Below, one piece after another: positions 60,465 to 64,000 of a stretch of 64,000 nucleotides of DNA. How positions within the stretch are numbered: the stretch's first letter is position 1; every line of letters starts with the position of its first letter. The stretch is from Phoronis australis (taxonomy: Eukaryota; Animalia; Phoronida): the NCBI GenBank assembly GCA_002633005.1, contig NMRA01000026.1, forward strand, positions 1,570,710 through 1,634,709, written 5' to 3'. The notes below the pieces were generated by a model that searched no databases, was not told where the DNA came from, and saw only the letters and a program-made list of their open reading frames with translations. Made by a program: the position numbers and the translations under genes.

Positions 60465-63400
60465 CTGAAATGGAAAGTTCAAAAGGTAGGCCAATGTCGA
60501 CTCGACGTCTTCAGCCGGTTCGATCATCAAACTTTCCGAATATAGTTTGAAGTAACACAGTTCCAACAGTGTAACTAACACTCGACATGCAACCAGGCCC
60601 TAAACGTAAAACCTGGAACAAAACTGTTAATTTTTTTATGTCTCAGTTTTCAATTGCTGAATAATATATCGTCTGCAACTCAGGCGCCGATTCCTAGGAA
60701 ATTAAAATATCAAATATTGTTGTTTTTAGCTATTTCCAGGAGATGTTACAAGTTCATTCCTCAGTTGCCGTTGTTTTCATCTTTGCTACATCTTTTCAAG
60801 AAATAAATCGTTACTTTTAAAACTGTTACTTTTACAAGAGAAAACGTGCAACCTAACGCGCAAGTACATACATATAGGATGTAATCCGCCATGTGAACAG
60901 TCTGAGTGAAGTATTTAAAAAATCTGCCGAAAAATGCAAGAAACTTAGGGATTCGAAGCGCATGGGATAAATACAAAACGTACCTCGATTGGCGTTCATG
61001 AAGTCTTGGTCGATAGTCGGAATAACGTCTCGTGGGATATTACTTCATGTATGCCACTCTCAGTGCGTTTTGTGTATTTATTATTTGAACTGATACCAGC
61101 TGAGAAAAGGCAGCAAAATGTGAATCACTATTGTTTAGAAAAATATTTCTCAGTAGTTCATACACCGTTTTACCCCTTAATTATCCCCTTTTTAGATAAC
61201 TAATATCCACTGTGCAAACATTTGTTCAAATAGTATACTATTTAATTAAAATGAAGTTTTGGTGCCAGTATTATTTGTTGAACCAGCTTGTCAAGATGTA
61301 GGTCTAAGTGAATCAAGTTGATGTTTGACACATAAAACTGTCCAAAAATACTCGGATAAAACACCCCACCATGACCGCTGAGCACAAGCGGAATTCCCCA
61401 CCATGATGGCCCAGAGTAGGCGGAATTCCCCACCATGATGGCCCAGTGTAGGCAGAATTCCCCACCATGATGGCCCAGTGTAGGCAGAATTCCCCACCAT
61501 GATGGCCCAGTGTAGGCGGAATTCACCAACAGAGTCACTAAAATGACACGTGAAGGTGAAACAGTATATTGTCTGATAACTTTTGGCGTGTACTGTCAAC
61601 TCAGAAAATAATGGTTTGTGAAACGAGAATTGTAACAGAGTAGGGTGACGGAATTAGCAGTCACACTATACATTGCTCTGGGGTTCAGGTCAAAACGTCG
61701 ACGAATACAATATCTTTGTTTATGTATGCACTGGTCTTAGAGTTCATACTTATATTTTGGCCAAAAACAAATGTGATGACGGAATCAAGTGTTATTGTTT
61801 GCTGTTTTACTTGCACAATATTGTATAGTAAGGGCGTACCTGACTGTGAAAGATCATTACCTATTGCTCTCTTAGCTGAATGCTCTTTACTGTTTTTGAA
61901 AAAATACATTGACCCATTCAAATAATATAGTGAAAGTACATATCTTTCCAAGCAAAATGGGGGGCTCTATTGAAGGGATCCCTGATGATAACATCAACTG
62001 TCATTTTTTAGTTATTTCATACGTATACCCTTTTACTTTAAGGAGCTCCCTCTAAGAGGTTGTCCACTCTTAGAAGTGGGCTCAAAGCATTTGGCCCTTA
62101 TGCCCTCTTATAAATAAGTCACCAATCACAAAACCCTGAAATCAAAACTACTGCTCTTACCATAAGCAATAATGCTGTACGTGTTTATACAAAACTCACC
62201 AGAAGCAGCATTTAGTCTACATTGCCTGAGTGCACTAGTCAAGGACCAAATGGTGGCTTCACTTCCATTCGTATCCCACCATTTAAGCAACATCTGCCAG
62301 GTCTGTTCTTTGACCTTTCTGACGTCATTATCTATCTCAGCTATTACAACCTCTTTGAGACCTAGCGCACGAGCCAGAAATTTCCAGTTTTTAAGGACTC
62401 CAGCCTCTTCTATCAAAATCTGGAAGACTTCTTGACTGATTACTGAAAATCACAACATAAACATATCAAACGGGTCAACAACAAGAGAGCTGCAATTATG
62501 TTCAAGTTCTGAGCAGCAAATTAAGAAAACTATGAACATTGTTATTCTACAACGTAATTCTTTAAACTTGATACATAAAATTCGATATCAATATCTGAGA
62601 AATCATCAAGTTTAAGGGGCATAAAAGCATAATTGGGCAAAAATTAAATCTGTAGTGCAGTATTTTTAAGTTGATGGCTTTTTCCAAAGGAGAAGATCCA
62701 CCAGCAATGAGCAAAAAGATACAAAACTTGCTTTTTTATGAATCATCGCTTAGCAAATCATCTCATTATAAACATTGCTTAACAATTGCATATGTGGCTA
62801 TGGTTGAAATTGATGTGGGCAGGCGTTTTTTTCTTTAAATAGGTGAGCACAGGTCCCAAAAATAACTCAGGGTGCAGACCAGAACCAACTGCATATTTAG
62901 GCTTTAAGTTAATTTCAGCAGTCTCCATAAGGGACAGCAAGATATTCAGGCTATCACCCTTGGTGAAGGTGACAAAAAAGTACATGTCAGGACAACACTG
63001 ATGTATGTTCGTAGAAAGTGATGTGTGCAGGCACAACCCAGCCTAACAACCAAAGGATGTGGAAACATTTCTATGGTTACGCCTCTATATTCCAGATGGC
63101 ATCCTTTAAACTCCAGACCATTGCTCTTAACTCCAAACATGCATTGAAAATGGACCATAAATGAAAAAGGATACGTGACAATGGAACAGCAAGATTCTGC
63201 TATTTATTGTGCATGTGTTGTATACGAGAAACGTTGTCTGACCCGAATGAAACCATAAAAAATTTACTTGTACTTTTTCTGCAATTTATTGTCACAGTTC
63301 TAAAACAAATTTCAATGTCCTGTCCAAAAATGACATTCGATTCAAAACCTCGAAAAATTATGCTATTTCAATACAGTAAACCTTTCACATTTCCCAAGTC

Positions 63401-63640
63401 AAAAATTGCTTGAAAATCAGGTCGGCTGAGTTCACTTTCAAGTCGAATTATGTTGACTGGTACAATTTTCAGGTCGATCCACTGCTCGTTATGTCAAACA
63501 ATGAATCTTCAAGTTTTTTACACCATATCACCTGTAAACTGAGGTTCCTCCGATGAACACTTTTCTGACACAACAGTGTTACGTAGCTGTTGACCAAGCA
63601 ATTGATGAGCGGGGTCTTTCATTATGGCATCACAGAAAGC
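60310..63640 (-). CDS. 3' part of a death-domain protein gene (possibly CARD-DD, CRADD/RAIDD-like adaptor); exons 63532-63640, 62200-62442, 60310-60464; 5' end outside the window
   Basis: DD signature WKFLARALGLKEVVIAEID...KEQTWQMLLKW....GSEATI.SL..ALRQC.L; flanking exons are phase-compatible. Confidence 0.75.
61364..61527. repeat. 32-bp minisatellite, ~5 copies (AATTCCCCACCATGATGGCCCAGTGTAGGCRG)
   Basis: Tandem copies start at 61392, 61424, 61456, 61488 and 61520, plus a degenerate first copy. Confidence 0.92.
62200..62442 (-). CDS. Death domain exon
   Basis: TTTTCAG| (V)ISQEVFQILIEEAGVLKNWKFLARALGL...RLNAAS |GTGAGT, phase 1-1. Confidence 0.88.
63532..63640 (-). CDS. Upstream exon of the death-domain gene (possible end of CARD + linker)
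   Basis: TTCTTCTTACTAG|AFCDAIMKDPAHQLLGQQLRNTVVSEKCSSEEPQFT(G)|GTGATA; open frame, phase matches the DD exon. Confidence 0.6.
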
Positions 63641-64000
63641 CTAGTAAGAAGAAATGTGTACACGAACTTTAAACCTTTAAAAATATCCACAACAATACAA
63701 TGTTGGGTAGCCCATACCTACACCTGCCAATAAGCCACAGTAATGGTTGAATACTTTGTGCATTTTTGTACAAGAAGACATGGAAACAATGAAAGATTCA
63801 ACAAGGCAGCAGCAGTAATAATGTCTTCCATGCACTTCTTCTGTTACACGTCACCTTCCCATCTGTTGAATAGCTTTGATAATAGAAATGTGTCAGTTTT
63901 AGACACATCTTACAGAGCCTCATCATTTGTTAAATAAGGTCAGTAATTCAAAAATGTTTAAGCACAGCTAAATGACTCACAATGCAAGTTCTGTTTAAAA

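Overview
Eukaryotic, AT-rich, intron-containing genomic window from an invertebrate animal; the repeat types suggest a lophotrochozoan, which is inference. Four host genes are supported. (1) A single-coding-exon GT31 beta-1,3-glycosyltransferase, brainiac/B3GALT-like (1966-3123 +). (2) SRSF2/SC35, 3 coding exons, 198 aa, minus strand 26627->12660, with candidate spliced 3'UTR. (3) MFSD11 (UNC93-like MFS), 13 exons, 445 aa, 31846-51273 +, head-to-head with SRSF2 as in human. It has one GC-AG intron and a probable alternative last exon (54782-54856) that would replace a GYTQI lysosomal-type tail. (4) The 3' part of a death-domain (possibly CARD-DD) gene on the minus strand running off the window end. 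The rest is dense in transposon relics: a decayed LINE with a (TC)n tail, piggyBac, Kolobok (TTAA/THAP/KolX), Penelope, Harbinger-type MITEs, foldback elements, Helentron-associated (HINE-like) elements carrying arrays of CTCF-like motifs, and a possible DIRS relic. There are also minisatellites, an assembly gap (21690-22509) and two near-identical duplications that look like uncollapsed haplotypes. All family assignments are by-eye motif recognition; no searches were run.
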